Source: Octopus sinensis (taxonomy: Eukaryota). From it: a stretch of 64,000 nucleotides of DNA. This document shows positions 12,831 to 25,275 of this stretch, piece by piece. Below the pieces are notes generated by a model. The model worked only from the letters and a program-made list of their open reading frames with translations, was not told the origin of the DNA and did no database searches. Within the stretch, counting starts at the first letter, position 1. Every line of letters starts with the position of its first letter. The position numbers and the translations under genes were made by a program. The stretch covers positions 103,850,001-103,914,000 of the forward strand of contig NC_043003.1 in NCBI RefSeq assembly GCF_006345805.1, read 5' to 3'.

Positions 12831-13423
12831 GGATCTTTTCGGTTTGAATGGCAGTTTTTAACATAATTTCTAGGTAACTAAAAAATTTTAAACTTCGTGT
12901 ACTGGTAGAATCATCATCATCATCATCATCGTTTAACGTCCGTTTTCCGCGCTAGCACGGGTTGGACGGTTCGACTGGGGTCTGGGAAGCCAGGGGCTGC
13001 ACCAGGCTCCAGTGTGATCTGGCAGTTTCTACAGCTGGATGCCCTTCCTAACGGCAACCACTCCGCGAGTGTAGTGGGTGCTTTTACATTTATAAAACAT
13101 CTTTTTCTCTTGGCTTTATTGAGAAAATTCTATAGTTTGTTAGATATTTGTTGTTTTTTTCTTCAATTTCTGCAATTTCAACCAATCAATGACGTCTGTT
13201 GAGGTGAAAAACATTCTGTGCTGTATGAATATGTCCCTCGTTTAAGAAACAGATTGGGTTTATTTACATTTGTGAAGAAAAAAGATATCCTTCCCCCTAA
13301 CCCTAACTAACCCTAACTCTAAAACAGATTGAAATGCAATAGATCGATACTAGGGTCATAATTATGGGTGACAATTTCATATGACACCCCTAGAAAAAAC
13401 TGCCATTCAAACGGAAAAGATCC
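12831..13423. mobile_element. Non-autonomous TIR element containing an RTE 3'-UTR insert (about 12910-13088, -)
   Basis: 29-bp inverted repeats GGATCTTTTCGGTTTGAATGGCAGTTTTT (12831-12859) and AAAAACTGCCATTCAAACGGAAAAGATCC (13395-13423), 1 mismatch. Internal CCCTAA hexamers. Confidence 0.75.
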
Positions 13424-13782
13424 AGTCATCATGTCTACTGGAAGTTCAATATCCGTCTGGTTCACTTTCCACTGTTTTAAAACAGTGGGGTTGGGAAAGA
13501 ACAGGATAAAGTAGTAGTATTTAAAAAAGAAAAAAAGAAGAAGGGTCATTTTTGGAACAGGTTTAATCATAGTTTTGCTGTATGAAGATTGACATACTAA
13601 ACACCGATATTTATTCTATCTCTGTCTGAAAACATGGTGACAAAATGTTTTGATGATGAATGTGTTTTGAACTGAGAGAGGACATTATCAGGTTTATACA
13701 TGCAGCCTGGCTTGGTGAAACACAGTATATATTTGTTGCTGAACTGATGTCAAACAATTTTATAAGTAAATGAACATATCTT

Positions 13783-14090
13783 ATTGTTTCTTGGGAGGGT
13801 CATCATGCCAATAATATTAAACACATACTGACCCAATTTCACTTCTTTATTGCTTGTCAATTGGTTAGTCATCACTTGTTTGTTTAACCTATTAGTTAAA
13901 CAATCAGTTGTTTGTCAAAGTCCTGGGGCATACCATTGATGAGGTTGCAAATGTCAATGAAAAGACTTTGACAAACAATTGATTAGCTAGTTGGTTAGGT
14001 AACTAACCAATTTACTAACAGTAAAGAGATGAAATTGAACCAGTGCATGTGTGTTGTTATTATTGGTATAAAGACTTTCCCAAGAGACAA
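13783..14090. mobile_element. Degenerate fold-back (long-TIR) element in a LIN7 intron
   Basis: Paired motifs in inverted order: gtttgtcaaagtc/gactttgacaaac, aattggttag/ctaaccaatt, ccaataata/tattattgg, cttggga/tcccaag. Confidence 0.65.
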
Positions 14091-14166
14091 GATTTGTTCC
14101 AGCACACAAGTTTACATCAAGAATCTTGCAAACCAAATAAACTTACTTTCTCCTCATATTTTACAG

Positions 14167-14221
14167 AGTGTGGAAGGAGAACACCATGAGAAAGCTGTGG
14201 AACTGCTCAAGAACGCTGTGG
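14167..14221 (+). CDS. LIN7: Lin-7 homolog exon (PDZ: SVEGEHHEKAVELLKNAV-G)
   Basis: tttacag acceptor and GTAGGT donor at 14222. Matches LIN7 SVEGEHHEKAVELLK. Confidence 0.97.
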
Positions 14222-14485
14222 GTAGGTGTCTTCTTTCACAAACTCCCAGGCTGCAAGGTTTTCTTTTGTCATTTAAATATTTCCATTTGCTAGAGCTATG
14301 ATGTTTTATCCAAGTCATACGTGGTTATGTGGTTAAAACTTCTTAACTACATGGTTTTAGGTTCAACCCTATTGTGTAGTACCTTGGGCAACAGTCTTCG
14401 ATTCTAATCCTGGGCTGACCAAACCCTTGGGAGTGGATTTGGTGAATTGTTTCCAATATTTTATATATTTTTTCATCCGTTTCAG

Positions 14486-14586
14486 GTACAGTTCGATTGG
14501 TTGTGCGGTATACACCTAAAATTCTCGAAGAAATGGAAGCCAGATTTGATAAAACCCGTTCTGCTAGACGAAGAGCTTCACCTTAG
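14486..14586 (+). CDS. LIN7: Lin-7 homolog last coding exon ([32 protein letters not shown])
   Basis: tttcag acceptor. G|GT = Gly, in frame with the previous exon. Matches LIN7 [19 protein letters not shown]. TAG at 14584-14586. Confidence 0.96.
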
Positions 14587-14963
14587 ATTCTTCATCAAGT
14601 TCAGGAGGGATTTATATTTCCAACCATTCCACCCATGTGATTAATTTCCATGGGATCATCTTCAAACGCCTCCCACCCTCCTCCATTTCTCTTGTTAACT
14701 TTTCGGATGTAGTTAGTTGGTCTTTTCAATAATCTGTATATCTTTGTAAACTGCCGAGTTAACCCACTTCATATGAGACACATATTTCAAGAAAATTTTA
14801 TCATCAAGGTTTTCCCTTTCTTTTCCTTTTTATTCTAGAAATGTATTCTTGTCTTCTTCACAAGATGTAAAAATTGATTTCTGTCGTCCTCTTTTATTGA
14901 GGCAACTTTTCAACAAGGAAGAAGACTCACATATAAATGTATGCATGTGTTTGTGTGTGTGTT

Positions 14964-15003
<40 letters not shown>

Positions 15004-15007
15004 AGAG

Positions 15008-15013
15008 AATAAA
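15008..15013 (+). terminator. Candidate polyadenylation signal (AATAAA) for LIN7
   Basis: First AATAAA I noted after the LIN7 stop. Other candidates: ATTAAA at about 15573 and AATAAA at 16018. Usage unknown. Confidence 0.35.
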
Positions 15014-15048
15014 GGATACGTACGCCGCTATATATATATATATATATA

Positions 15049-15399
15049 TAAAATACAAAATGGGACAAGAATGTAAAACATTTAGAAGACGATACAAAAA
15101 ACATGGACGGGTCATTCGAAGCCGTCAATCTTCAGTCAAGAACCGGATCATCCTTGCAATTTCAGCTGATTAATCTTGAGATTGCTCCAATCTGGCCAGC
15201 CAAGATTTCCAAGGAATCTAATGTGCTTAGCTTAGTTTTTCCTTGGGGCTGGCCAGATTGGAGCAATCTCAAGATTAATCAGCCGAAATTGCGAGGATGA
15301 TCCGGTTCTTGACTGAAGATTGAAGTCTTTGAATGACCCGACCGTATTTTTTGTATCGTCTTCTGAATGTTTTGCATTCTTGTCCCATTTTGTATTTTA
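15049..15399. mobile_element. Palindromic MITE-like fold-back element inside (TA)n
   Basis: Arms 15049-15201 and 15247-15399 are reverse complements with about 10 mismatches. 45-bp spacer. (TA)n on both sides. Confidence 0.9.
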
Positions 15400-16098
15400 T
15401 ATATATATATATATATATACACACACATGTATGTATATGTGCAGATATATGTATACACACACACACATATGCATACATATTTACAACAGAACTCACTGAC
15501 GTGTGTCTATATATACATGCATACATGCATGTGTATGATTCTGTATGCATATATGTGGTACATGTTGAATACATTAAAATTTATTATAAAACTTATGAGA
15601 AATGGTCTTTTGTTTCTTAATGTTGCAAACTCTTGAAGATGTTATTCTAAACAGGTCTTAAACGAAACAAATCTGTCATTTCAATCAAGCAGCAACTATC
15701 TCAGTCTGTAATGTACCAAACAAGAAATTACAACAGCTGGCAGCCATTCCATAAACAAGCTGAGATATCCCATGAACATCATCAAATATATTGACTTCGT
15801 ACCAATATAGATAACCGTACACAGGCTGAGAACTAAGCTATTCAATGGTAAAGTAGAATAGGATTTAAAAAGCAGTGTTACTTGATCTGGCAGTTACATC
15901 CATCAAAAGTGTATGAACATAGTTATCATTCTTAACAGAGCAAAGAAACTATATTCTAAAATTCAAAACCAGAGGTTACAATTTCAAATCTTCTTGATGG
16001 TTGTGTACCATTATTTAAATAAAATGGATGGCATTAAGGAAGTGTTTCTGTTTACATAATATAAAGGTGATATTTTTCCCAGATTATCATCATTGTCA

Positions 16099-16585
16099 TT
16101 GTTTCTCAAGAGGGCCATTATGCCAATAATGAACACACTCACCAGTTCTACTTCACTTCTTTATTTTTATATTTGCCAATTGGTTAACCGTTTAATCATT
16201 AACTAATCAGTTGTTTGATTAATCATTTGGCCGACCAATCAATCAGCTAGGTTTTTGGTGAAATCCTTTCTTCACCATACATGACCTGATCAATGACATG
16301 CTCTCCAGGTCTGCTTCAGATCTGTCTGTCTGTCTCCTAGTTTACAGGTTCTGCATATTTATATGGATTTGAATGAGAATGTATGTGAGAGAGAAAGAGA
16401 GACTGTGCCTGTGAGTGCATGTTTGTGCATGTGCACACACATACACACATACTTAACTATAATATCCACACCTTACACAGACATGAACATGCACTCACAT
16501 CCACACACATTTACACACGTCCTCTCTCACACACATACTCACATAATCCACTGCCACACAAATGCACATCAGTACCTACAAACAT

Positions 16586-16618
<33 letters not shown>

Positions 16619-16631
16619 ACACACACACACA

Positions 16632-16688
<57 letters not shown>

Positions 16689-16836
16689 CCTTTCTTTCTT
16701 TCATTCTGAGGTTGCAAATAACAATGAAAGGACTTTGACAAACCTAGCTGGTCATTGATTGACTGAATGATTGGCAAATAAAGATAAAGAAGTGAAACAA
16801 TGTGTTTATTGGCATATTGACCCTCCCAAGATACAA
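16099..16836. mobile_element. Degenerate fold-back element, same family as 13783-14090, with a (CA)n/(CT)n core
   Basis: Inverted pairs cagctaggttt (16244)/aaacctagctg (16740), ttcacttctttat/ataaagaagtgaa, atgccaataa/ttattggcat. Confidence 0.6.
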
Positions 16837-16897
16837 CAAAACACGAGTTCACATCAAAAAACTCAAAAACGAAATACTGAAACAAAATATCATTGTA

Positions 16898-18137
16898 TTA
16901 GGTTGTTCGGAAAATAATGGCCGATTTTAAAAATAAGCCTATATTCTTAAAAGACCAAACTTGTACAAAGGTTTAATTATTCAAAATATGATTCCCGGAG
17001 AGCTATGCATCTTTGGATAAAAATCCAAAGGTTTTGATGCCAAGAAATCCTTGAATTCAGTATCACCTCGGTTTTGGAATTGAAGGTTCTTTGCCTTAAA
17101 AAAGTGTCTAAATGCTTGAAAAAGTGGTAGTTGGTGGGTGAGAGATTTGGAGAATATAGTGGATGTGGTAAAAGTATCCCAAGTCTGTGAGCTTCTGTAG
17201 TATCATCCTGGAAATGTGTGGTTGAGTGTTATGGAGCAGAAATGGACCACATCAATTAACAAGTGCAGGTCTTATTTTGCTCAATTGAACATGCATTTCT
17301 TCCAGTTGTTTACAGTAAACTTCCAATGTAATGCTCTGGTTAGGTTCCAGTAATGGATGACACCAACAGTAAATCACCAGACAGTCACCATAATCTTCTG
17401 CTGATGCAACTTCGGTTTTGGGAATTGGTTGGGTGCTTCATCATGATCAAGCCATTGACTTGATCACTTACGATTATCATAAAGATTCACTTTTCATCAC
17501 AAGTCACTGTTTGATCAAGAAATGGGTCATTAGAATTTCACAGAGAGAGCATCAAACACACCTGAAAATGCTGAGTTCTTTGATTTTCATTGCAGTTGTG
17601 CCAGAGCCATGTATCAAGTTCTTTCACTTAGCTGATTTTCTTCAGGTGATCTGATACTGTTGAAACACTGATACCAAGTATATGAGACATTTTTCTGGCA
17701 CTTTGTCATGGCTTTTGTTCGACTATTGTTTTCAAATGTTGATCATCAAATCAAGGGTGGATGGACATCCTCTAGCTTCTTGATCTTCAAGGCTCTCATC
17801 CCTACTACAGAATCTCTCAAACCACTGTTGTACCATCTGATCACTAGTGGACCCTTCACCCCATGCTCTGTTGATATTGGTAGCAGTTTGGGAAGCATTA
17901 TGTCCAAGCTTGAATTCATGCCAAAACAGTAAATGCATTTCTTCTTTTTCATGTTTGAAATTAAGGATTTCTACACTTCAAAATTATATTCTGAAAGAAA
18001 TCAACAAGAATGCATTTGAGTACACATCAATGATTAAGCATGTAAAATTTTGTCTGAAACACCATAAAAATAACATCTTAAATTGAATTTGAAGAAATGT
18101 TTCCAAAAAATCGGACACTATTTTCCAAACAACTTAA
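16898..18137 (-). mobile_element. Near-full-length mariner element (about 1.24 kb), transposase inactivated
   Basis: TIRs TTAGGTTGTTCGGAAAATAATGGCCGATTTT / AAAATCGGACACTATTTTCCAAACAACTTAA, TA on both sides. Minus-strand HTH 'HEFKLGHNASQTATNINRAWGEGSTSD...WFERF' and 'PHPLYSPNLSPTNYHFFKHL'. Confidence 0.92.
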
Positions 18138-18914
18138 TAGTTGTCATTGTTATCATCATCATGTTTCCATGCTAGTATGGGTTAGATAAGTCTGCTTCAT
18201 CACAGCATCTCCATTCTGTTGTCAAGGCTCAGTAGCAAGTGATTATCCTTCACCAGATCTTCCAATGTTTTCCTCAGTCTTTCTCTTCCATAAACTTGTT
18301 CCATTTTGACCACCGGACTTTTCTTCACCCAAATATCATCCTTCATACTGGGTGTTTGGGCTAAATTTGACAGTTTGTATAAAAGGAAAAAATATATATA
18401 CCATCCAGAAGTAAAAGTATTTTTAAAAAATCCAAAAATATGTAGAGAGGCATGATGCAGTCAGAACACCTGTTGTGTCCCTTTCAGCTGGCCATGGGTT
18501 TTATAGTCTCTGTTGCAGCTGCCCCTGTCATGTCTCACTGCCTTTAGAGGGCTCAGAGAACACTGAGCAGCAGTCAGGGTGTTGGTCCTTTCATAACCAG
18601 CACAAATTCTCATAACACAAGAAGCTCTTTTCCAATATTCTGATGGTCTCCAGTCCACTGTGTCAGCTAACTTTTTCTCAACTTCTCAACAGTTTTAATC
18701 TTTATGCTTTTTAATGCCTTCGACTGTTCACCAATACATAGAGCTGTTCCTGAAAATAAAAGACATTAAAAAAAATCATCAAATTTGGCCCAAACATCCT
18801 GTACACACTCTATTAACCAAATCTATTACATATATCACTATGGTTTGATCTGATTATCAAGAAGTTTCTTGCTGATGAATCGGCATAAAATGTAGTGTAT
18901 TTATAAATATGCTG

Positions 18915-19503
18915 TGCTGCAGGAGACTCGGCAAGTGCAAGTGTGACCATAACCTTGTGGCCTATGCTAGGGGTGTAACCAGTCCACTTGTGTGTGCCTT
19001 TTCTTCATTGGACACTAAACTCTGCTTGCGAAGACCAGTTGAGGCAAGTGAAATCAAACTCGGTGACTGGCATCCGTCGCTAGTGGAGTGCTAAGAGAAC
19101 CATATGAGTGAGATCGTTGCCAGAGCAACAAGCTGGCCTTCGTGCTGATGGCACGTTAAACACACCATTCAAGTGTGATCGTTACCGCGTCGCCTTACTA
19201 GCACTTGCACTGATGGCATGTGAAATATTCGAGCGAGGTCGTTGCTAGTACCGCTGGACTGGCTCCTGTGCAGGTGGCACATAAAAAGCACCATTTGGGC
19301 GTGGCCGTTGCCAGTACTACCAAACTGGCCCTCATGCTGGTGGCACTTTAAAAGCACCCACTACACTCTCGGAGTGGTTGGTGTATGGAAGGGCATCCAA
19401 CTGTAGAAACTCTGCCAGATCAGATTGGAGTCTGGTTCGCCAGACCTCAGTCAAATTGTTCAACCCATGCTAGCATGGAAAGCAGATGTTAAATGATGAT
19501 GAT
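18915..19503 (+). mobile_element. RTE 3' end (longer 5'-truncated copy)
   Basis: Family core and tail. Its 5' part resembles 55040-55210 just after the RTE ORF. Confidence 0.85.
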
Positions 19504-20921
19504 GTAAATATACATTCTGAAAACAAGGCTATTAATCCTGAAACCTTTATATAAACAACTATCAAAGATTTATATAATTAATGACTCTAATATTTTAATA
19601 AAACTATTAGACTATTATATAGGGTGATCCAAATGTGCTCTTAGTAATAGTGGTTTCAAGTTTTGGCACAAGGCCAGCATTTCAGGGGAGTGGGTAGGTT
19701 GATTACACTGACCCCTGTACTCAGCTGATACTTATTTTATCAATCCTGAAAGGATGAAAGGCAAAGTCAACAATGATGGAATTTGATCTAGGAATGTGAA
19801 AACAGACCAAATGCCGCTAAGCATTTTGCCTGGCATCCTAACAATTCTGCCAGCTCCTCATCTTCACTCATATTATTTACCCTCTAGCTTTCGGATTATT
19901 CCGTCAAATATAATTCATATTATTTTGCACTAATTTTATAGCTTTGAGATTTCAATGATGTGATTCTTTTTAGAATGACATTGTAGGGCAGGTGTAAGGG
20001 GCTAAATCTGGCTGGTTTGAATGTAAAATAGGTAGGATATTTGGGATGGATATGGCTGGTTTGAATGCTAATGGGTTAATATTAATAATGAATGTAAGAA
20101 GAACAAGTGTAAGAATGTCAAATAAATGAAGAAATTTGTTGAGGTTCTCTTGCAGACTACCTCACTAATGAATGCCAGTGATCAGAGCTCAGCCTATGGA
20201 TATAGTACAAGAAATGAGGAAGGGTCAAGGCTTTGGAAACCTGGTCAGTCACCTGATAGTCTACAAATAATGTGAACATGCAAATTAGAGACTTCCTAGT
20301 CATCGGGAAATGGGATAAGTAAATGGTTGTGAATACTAAGTCTTTTTTCTAAAGAATCTACCACTCATCATAGTCTAATGATCAAAGACCTCAATATAAG
20401 AGCCAGATTGACTTAGAGGCACAAGGCAATCGAAGGGAGGATATGGAAGCTAGATCCTTTGGCTAGACTTAAGTTCAAACAAATAGCTGATGTATATGAA
20501 GAAAGAGGAGGAGATAGACTTTCTGTAAATTGACCTGATGTGACTAAATCTGTGGATGAAGCCAAATGGAAAGTAATGTGATGATGGGATGGTTGAACAG
20601 ATGCCCATAAAAGCTAAGAAAAATGAGAAGAAAGGTAGGAAGAGGGAACAATATAAGACAACTAGAAAAGCTAGATATCAAGTATGTATGTTGCAATGAG
20701 AGGAACTAAAAGTGGTTTATCAATGTTTTGTAATGAGAGGATCAGATATGTGAGGTGTTATAGATTGCAAAGCAGTGTGTCAGTAAATCAAGGGGATGTT
20801 AAGGGAAAGTATGTCAGGATGATAAACTGGTACGGTTTCCTTTTATTGATGCCAAAGCAAAAGAAAGATATAGAAACGTTGTCATCAGAGTTCATTGGAT
20901 TAGGAGAATACATGAGATATA

Positions 20922-21129
20922 CAGGGTGTCCACAAAGTCTGGGTACATGGAGTAAATAAAATCATAACATAATTAAATATAAGAAATAATAATTTCTTAA
21001 AGTATGTGTTAATTCCCATGTGGGTGCATGGAGTAAATAAAATCATAACATAGAGAATTAAATATAAGAAATAATAATTTCTTAAGGTATGTGTTAATTC
21101 CCATGTACCCAGACTTTGTAGACACCCTG
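20922..21129. mobile_element. Tc1/mariner-type MITE with internal tandem duplication
   Basis: TIRs CAGGGTGTCCACAAAGTCTGGGTACATGG / CCATGTACCCAGACTTTGTAGACACCCTG (1 mismatch), TA flanks. Two copies of an ~80-bp internal unit. Confidence 0.9.
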
Positions 21130-21418
21130 TAGTTCATGTCTGTGCCCATAAGTTGTTGGTATTTGCAGACACTACATTTGCTGAATACCCAATTTTTTCA
21201 AATGCTTGAAAGTATTATATTAATCTGGTACTCTATCAAATTCTAGTTTGCTGGAGGACAGTGATGACATGTGCTTTGGGGAACTAAGTCTCAGAGGATG
21301 TTCAGAGGTGGGTAGAATGCATGTGGAGGAACAACAATCTTTCAGTAGATTTAGGGTAAAAGTAAAATTTATCTGTTTCTAGATTTAAGGTGACATATTT
21401 AAAATTTACCTTAGAGAG

Positions 21419-21803
21419 ATTTTAGAACATGGTTGAGTCCATAAAATAGGATTTAACTACACCTCCATTTAGAGCACAGTTTAAGCTATCTTTTTTGTGG
21501 AAGAAGGTTTATGTTCCTATAACCTGTGTTAATTCTGTATGTGTTACCCCACCCTCCATATTCACCAGATCTCGAATATGGAGGGCGGGGTAACACATCC
21601 CAGCTGAGCTGCAGTAATTTTTGTCTGGTTCCCAAAGCATCAAGTGCCCAAAAGGAACTTTCTTATCTTCCATTTTAAAGGGTTACAGAATTAACACAGG
21701 TTATAGGAACATAAACCTTCTTCCATGAAAAGATAGCTTAAACTGTGCTCTAAATGGAGGTGTAGTCAAATCCTATTTTATGGTCTCAACCATGTTCTAA
21801 AAT
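21419..21803. mobile_element. Fold-back element with ~120-bp TIRs and an internal 25-bp hairpin
   Basis: Arms 21419-21539 and 21684-21803 are near-perfect reverse complements. Inner stem 21539-21563 / 21574-21598. Confidence 0.88.
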
Positions 21804-21899
21804 AAGTTGAAAGGTAAGCTACTATAAATCGGCATGAACTTTCCGGACAACCCAATACATGGAAATAACAATATAGACACATAAAAACACAAAAACATT

Positions 21900-22745
21900 T
21901 CGAGAGGAATGCATTAGGCAATTAATAAAAATCATAATATCATAAGAACATTCTTACCACAAAAGATGTTGACTACAGTGTGAGGGATTGTTACTGGGAG
22001 GTTGAGGGCTGAGGAACTTATCCAAGGTTGTTTGTTGTTTATGATGCACATCTCTTTATACAACACTATATAGGTACTGAGCTCATTATAAACTCTTGTA
22101 ATTTCTCTGTTATGTTCACAATTAGGATCATTATCAGCAAAAGCCTGCAGACCTTCTTCTATAAGTGTCAACCCTTTAGCAATAATTTTTGTGATCAATT
22201 TAAGTGGTGCAGGTGGAACTTCCTTCATCTCATCTGTATTTTCAGCTTCTTCTTTTTCTAACAGCATCTCTTCCTCATTAAACTTTCTCTTGGGACACTG
22301 GCAACTCAGTTGTATCATCCTCTACAATTTCTTCAAATCCTACATCCTTTGCAAGTTTGATGTAGACTTTCTTCTTGAGGAAAACTTGTGATACCATGGA
22401 TACAGTGAGGCCATATATTTTTTCCAAGCACTATTCTAAGTTGAAGGTTTCACTTCATCCAATGACTCAGCTATATTATCCAGAGCATCCATTATGCTGA
22501 ATTTCTCCCAGAAATCTCTAACTGTAGGTTTATCCTCCCTGTCAGTTGCTTTCATAATTTGCTTGAAAGTTCTCATATTATATGCCTTGAAGTTACCTTC
22601 ATCCATTGGTTGGAGCAACAAAGTTGTATTCTTGAGGATATATTCTACTCTCGCATTATCAGAAATGTAATCTAAGTTCAGTGGGTGGCTTGGTACATTA
22701 TCTAAAAGAAGCCATGCTTTGTTGGAAATATGTTTGACACTGACC
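21900..22745 (-). pseudogene. Tigger/pogo-family transposase relic (DDE_1 and C-terminus)
   Basis: WLLLDNVPSHPL...LLQPMDEG...TVRDFWEKFSIMDALDNIAESLDEVKPST. Broken frames. Confidence 0.8.
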
Positions 22746-22749
22746 CTTC

Positions 22750-23580
22750 TTCCTTCAGATCACACTATGCTATATTTAATAAAATCTAGGACACACTGGC
22801 TAACATAGTCTTAGAAACATTGAATAAGAAGTGAGATGGTCGTGACTGGAGTGCCTGTGATCGTAGATTTGTTCTAATATTACTAACCAGAGCTAAATAA
22901 TATAACAAGCCCATGAGAGATTCTATATGCAATCTCTTGACCTGCTAGAAGGAGCACCTGAATATCTCTCATTTTGCACACTGCCATCTTAAAACTGGAA
23001 GGACATATTAGATAATGTAGTCTTTGATACTCTATACCAGAAAAGAAGACATGATGGTCTTGGCTGGAACGCCTTCAATCACAGATCTACTGAATCTGAC
23101 CCAGGGCTAAACAAGTTTCTTTGTCTGCTATAAATCACATCCAACTATCTTAAGAAATGGAAGAGCACTTTAGATATTTAGTATTAGATACTGTTTGAAT
23201 AAAAGATGTGATGGTCACAGCATTCACACTCTTGATTACTTTGAGATAAAAAGAAGAATCTTCTATGCTATAATTTTTTTCTGAAATCTGTTCTGGATAC
23301 TATGCAGCAATGGATTGTTGATTAGCAACTGAAGCTGGATATTGACAAGTATACCTCTATACATTTTGGGAGAAAAAGCCCAGAGCTTATCAACTTTCTC
23401 AACAACATCAATCTCAAGAAATTTGAAGCAAAACATGACACACACATTATTGTCTACAATGATCTGCACTGGACAAACCACATTTCTAATAGTATAAAAA
23501 AACCCAAAAAAGGTGTCTTAGCATTACTCATTGAGAACATCGAAACCATTGTCAACTGTTCACTGGTTATTTATTTAAAG

Positions 23581-23618
<38 letters not shown>

Positions 23619-23750
23619 CTATGCTACATCTACACTTAGAGTTTGCATTGCCAGTTTGGAATCCTCATCTTGCCCAGAATATTAATTTGCTGGTCGCTCA
23701 TTCAGAGATGTGCAACCCATCAAATACCTTCTGTCAGTCACTAACCATAT
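22750..23750 (-). pseudogene. Heavily decayed CR1/L2-like RT fragment
   Basis: Faint resemblance to the 'YLDFxKAFDKV...LLxKL..YGI' region in ORF 23263-23481. Low similarity. Confidence 0.45.
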
Positions 23751-24067
23751 CATGAACATCTTGCTTCTCTGGGCATTGAGACACTAACAGTATTAATATT
23801 TTGTGGCTGATTTGGTAGAAGCCCTCAAGATTAGCTACTATTTTCCCAATAACAACTTTTAGCTACTTTTTAAAATTCAATATCTCTACTATACATGGAC
23901 ATGCATATAAATTCAAAGAACAATGCAGCACCTATGACTTTCATTAAAAATTTTTGACACTCACAAATATTGAATCATGGAATAAACTACTCACATCAAT
24001 TGTAAGCTGTCATCCTTTAACAATTCTATGCTTTCTGAAATTCACTAACACTTTCCTGATGTACCAA

Positions 24068-24479
24068 TTTCTTTACTACCCACAAGGGGCCAAACACAGA
24101 GAGGACAAACAAGGACAGACAAACGGATTAAATCAATTATATCGACCCCAGTGCATAACTTGTACTTATTTAATCGACCCCGAAAGGATGAAAGGCAAAG
24201 TTGACCTCGGCGGAATTTGAACTCAGAACATAACGGCAGATGAAATACCTATTTCTTTACTACCCACAAGGGGCTAAACACAGAGAGGACAAACAAGGAC
24301 AGACAAACAGATTAAGTTGATTATATCGACCCCAGTGCGTAACTTGTATTTAATTTATCGACCCCGAAAGGATGAAAGGCAAAGTCGACCTTGGCGGAAT
24401 TTGAACTCAGAACGTAACGGCAGATGAAATACCGGTAAGCATTTCGCCGGCGTGCTAACGTTTCTGCCAGCTCACCGCC
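24068..24479 (-). mobile_element. tRNA-derived SINE (Meta-domain-like), partial tandem dimer
   Basis: Head ggcggtgagctggcagaaacgttagc...gagttcaaattcc and 'gcctttcatcctttcggggtcgat' core. 184-bp internal duplication. 13-bp flanking direct repeat ttcctgatgtacc at 24053-24065 and 24490-24502. Confidence 0.88.
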
Positions 24480-24842
24480 TTATTCACTATTCCTGATGTA
24501 CCTATGCATCCTTTACTCTTCGTGGTGTTTTTAATGATCACTGTCCTGTTTTCTTCTATTTTATCCTGAGGACCGTGGATGCACTTTTCTCTTCCATTGT
24601 TGTCCTCTTTTGGCTTATATTCTACTTTCTGTCCACTCTCATTCTTTTCTAACATGTTGTCGTGCACTTGAGCATTGTATACAATCAACTTATTATCATT
24701 TTTATTACTTAAATTTTTTTAGAGTGTGGTTAAATAACAATATATTGTCCACTGGTGTGGACTGATCCTGCATACATTTACATCTTTATATCTATGTTGG
24801 CTTACTTAGTGACAGAGATATCTTATTAACATGTAACTAAAA

Positions 24843-25275
24843 CATCATCATCATCATTAACGCCCGCTTTCCATGCTGGCATGGGTTGGACGAATGACTG
24901 TGGGCTGGCGAACCAGATGGCTGCACCAGGCTTCAATCTTGATCTGGCAGAGTTTCTACAGCTGGATGCCCTTCCTAACGCCAACCACTTTACAGAGTGT
25001 AGTGGGTGCTTTTACATGCCAGTCAGGCAGTACTGGCAACGACCTCGCTCGAATCCTTTACACATGCCACCGGCACGGGTGCCAGTAAGGCGAAGCTGGT
25101 AACGATCACGCTCAAATGGTGTTTTTTACATGCCACCGGCACAGAGGCCAGATAGCCGCTCTGGCAATGATCACGCTCGGATGGTGCTCTTAATACCCTA
25201 TTCGCATGGGGCCCGAGTGCCAGTAGAGCAACGCAGGTAATGATCATGCTCAAATGGTGCCTTTTAAGTGCCACT
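24843..25275 (-). mobile_element. RTE 3'-UTR repeat
   Basis: (CAT)n followed by reverse-complement core and subunits. Confidence 0.88.

Noticed and set aside
13292-13322. CCCTAA telomere-like hexamers
   Set aside because: Only 2-3 imperfect units, inside a TIR element; not an interstitial telomere array.
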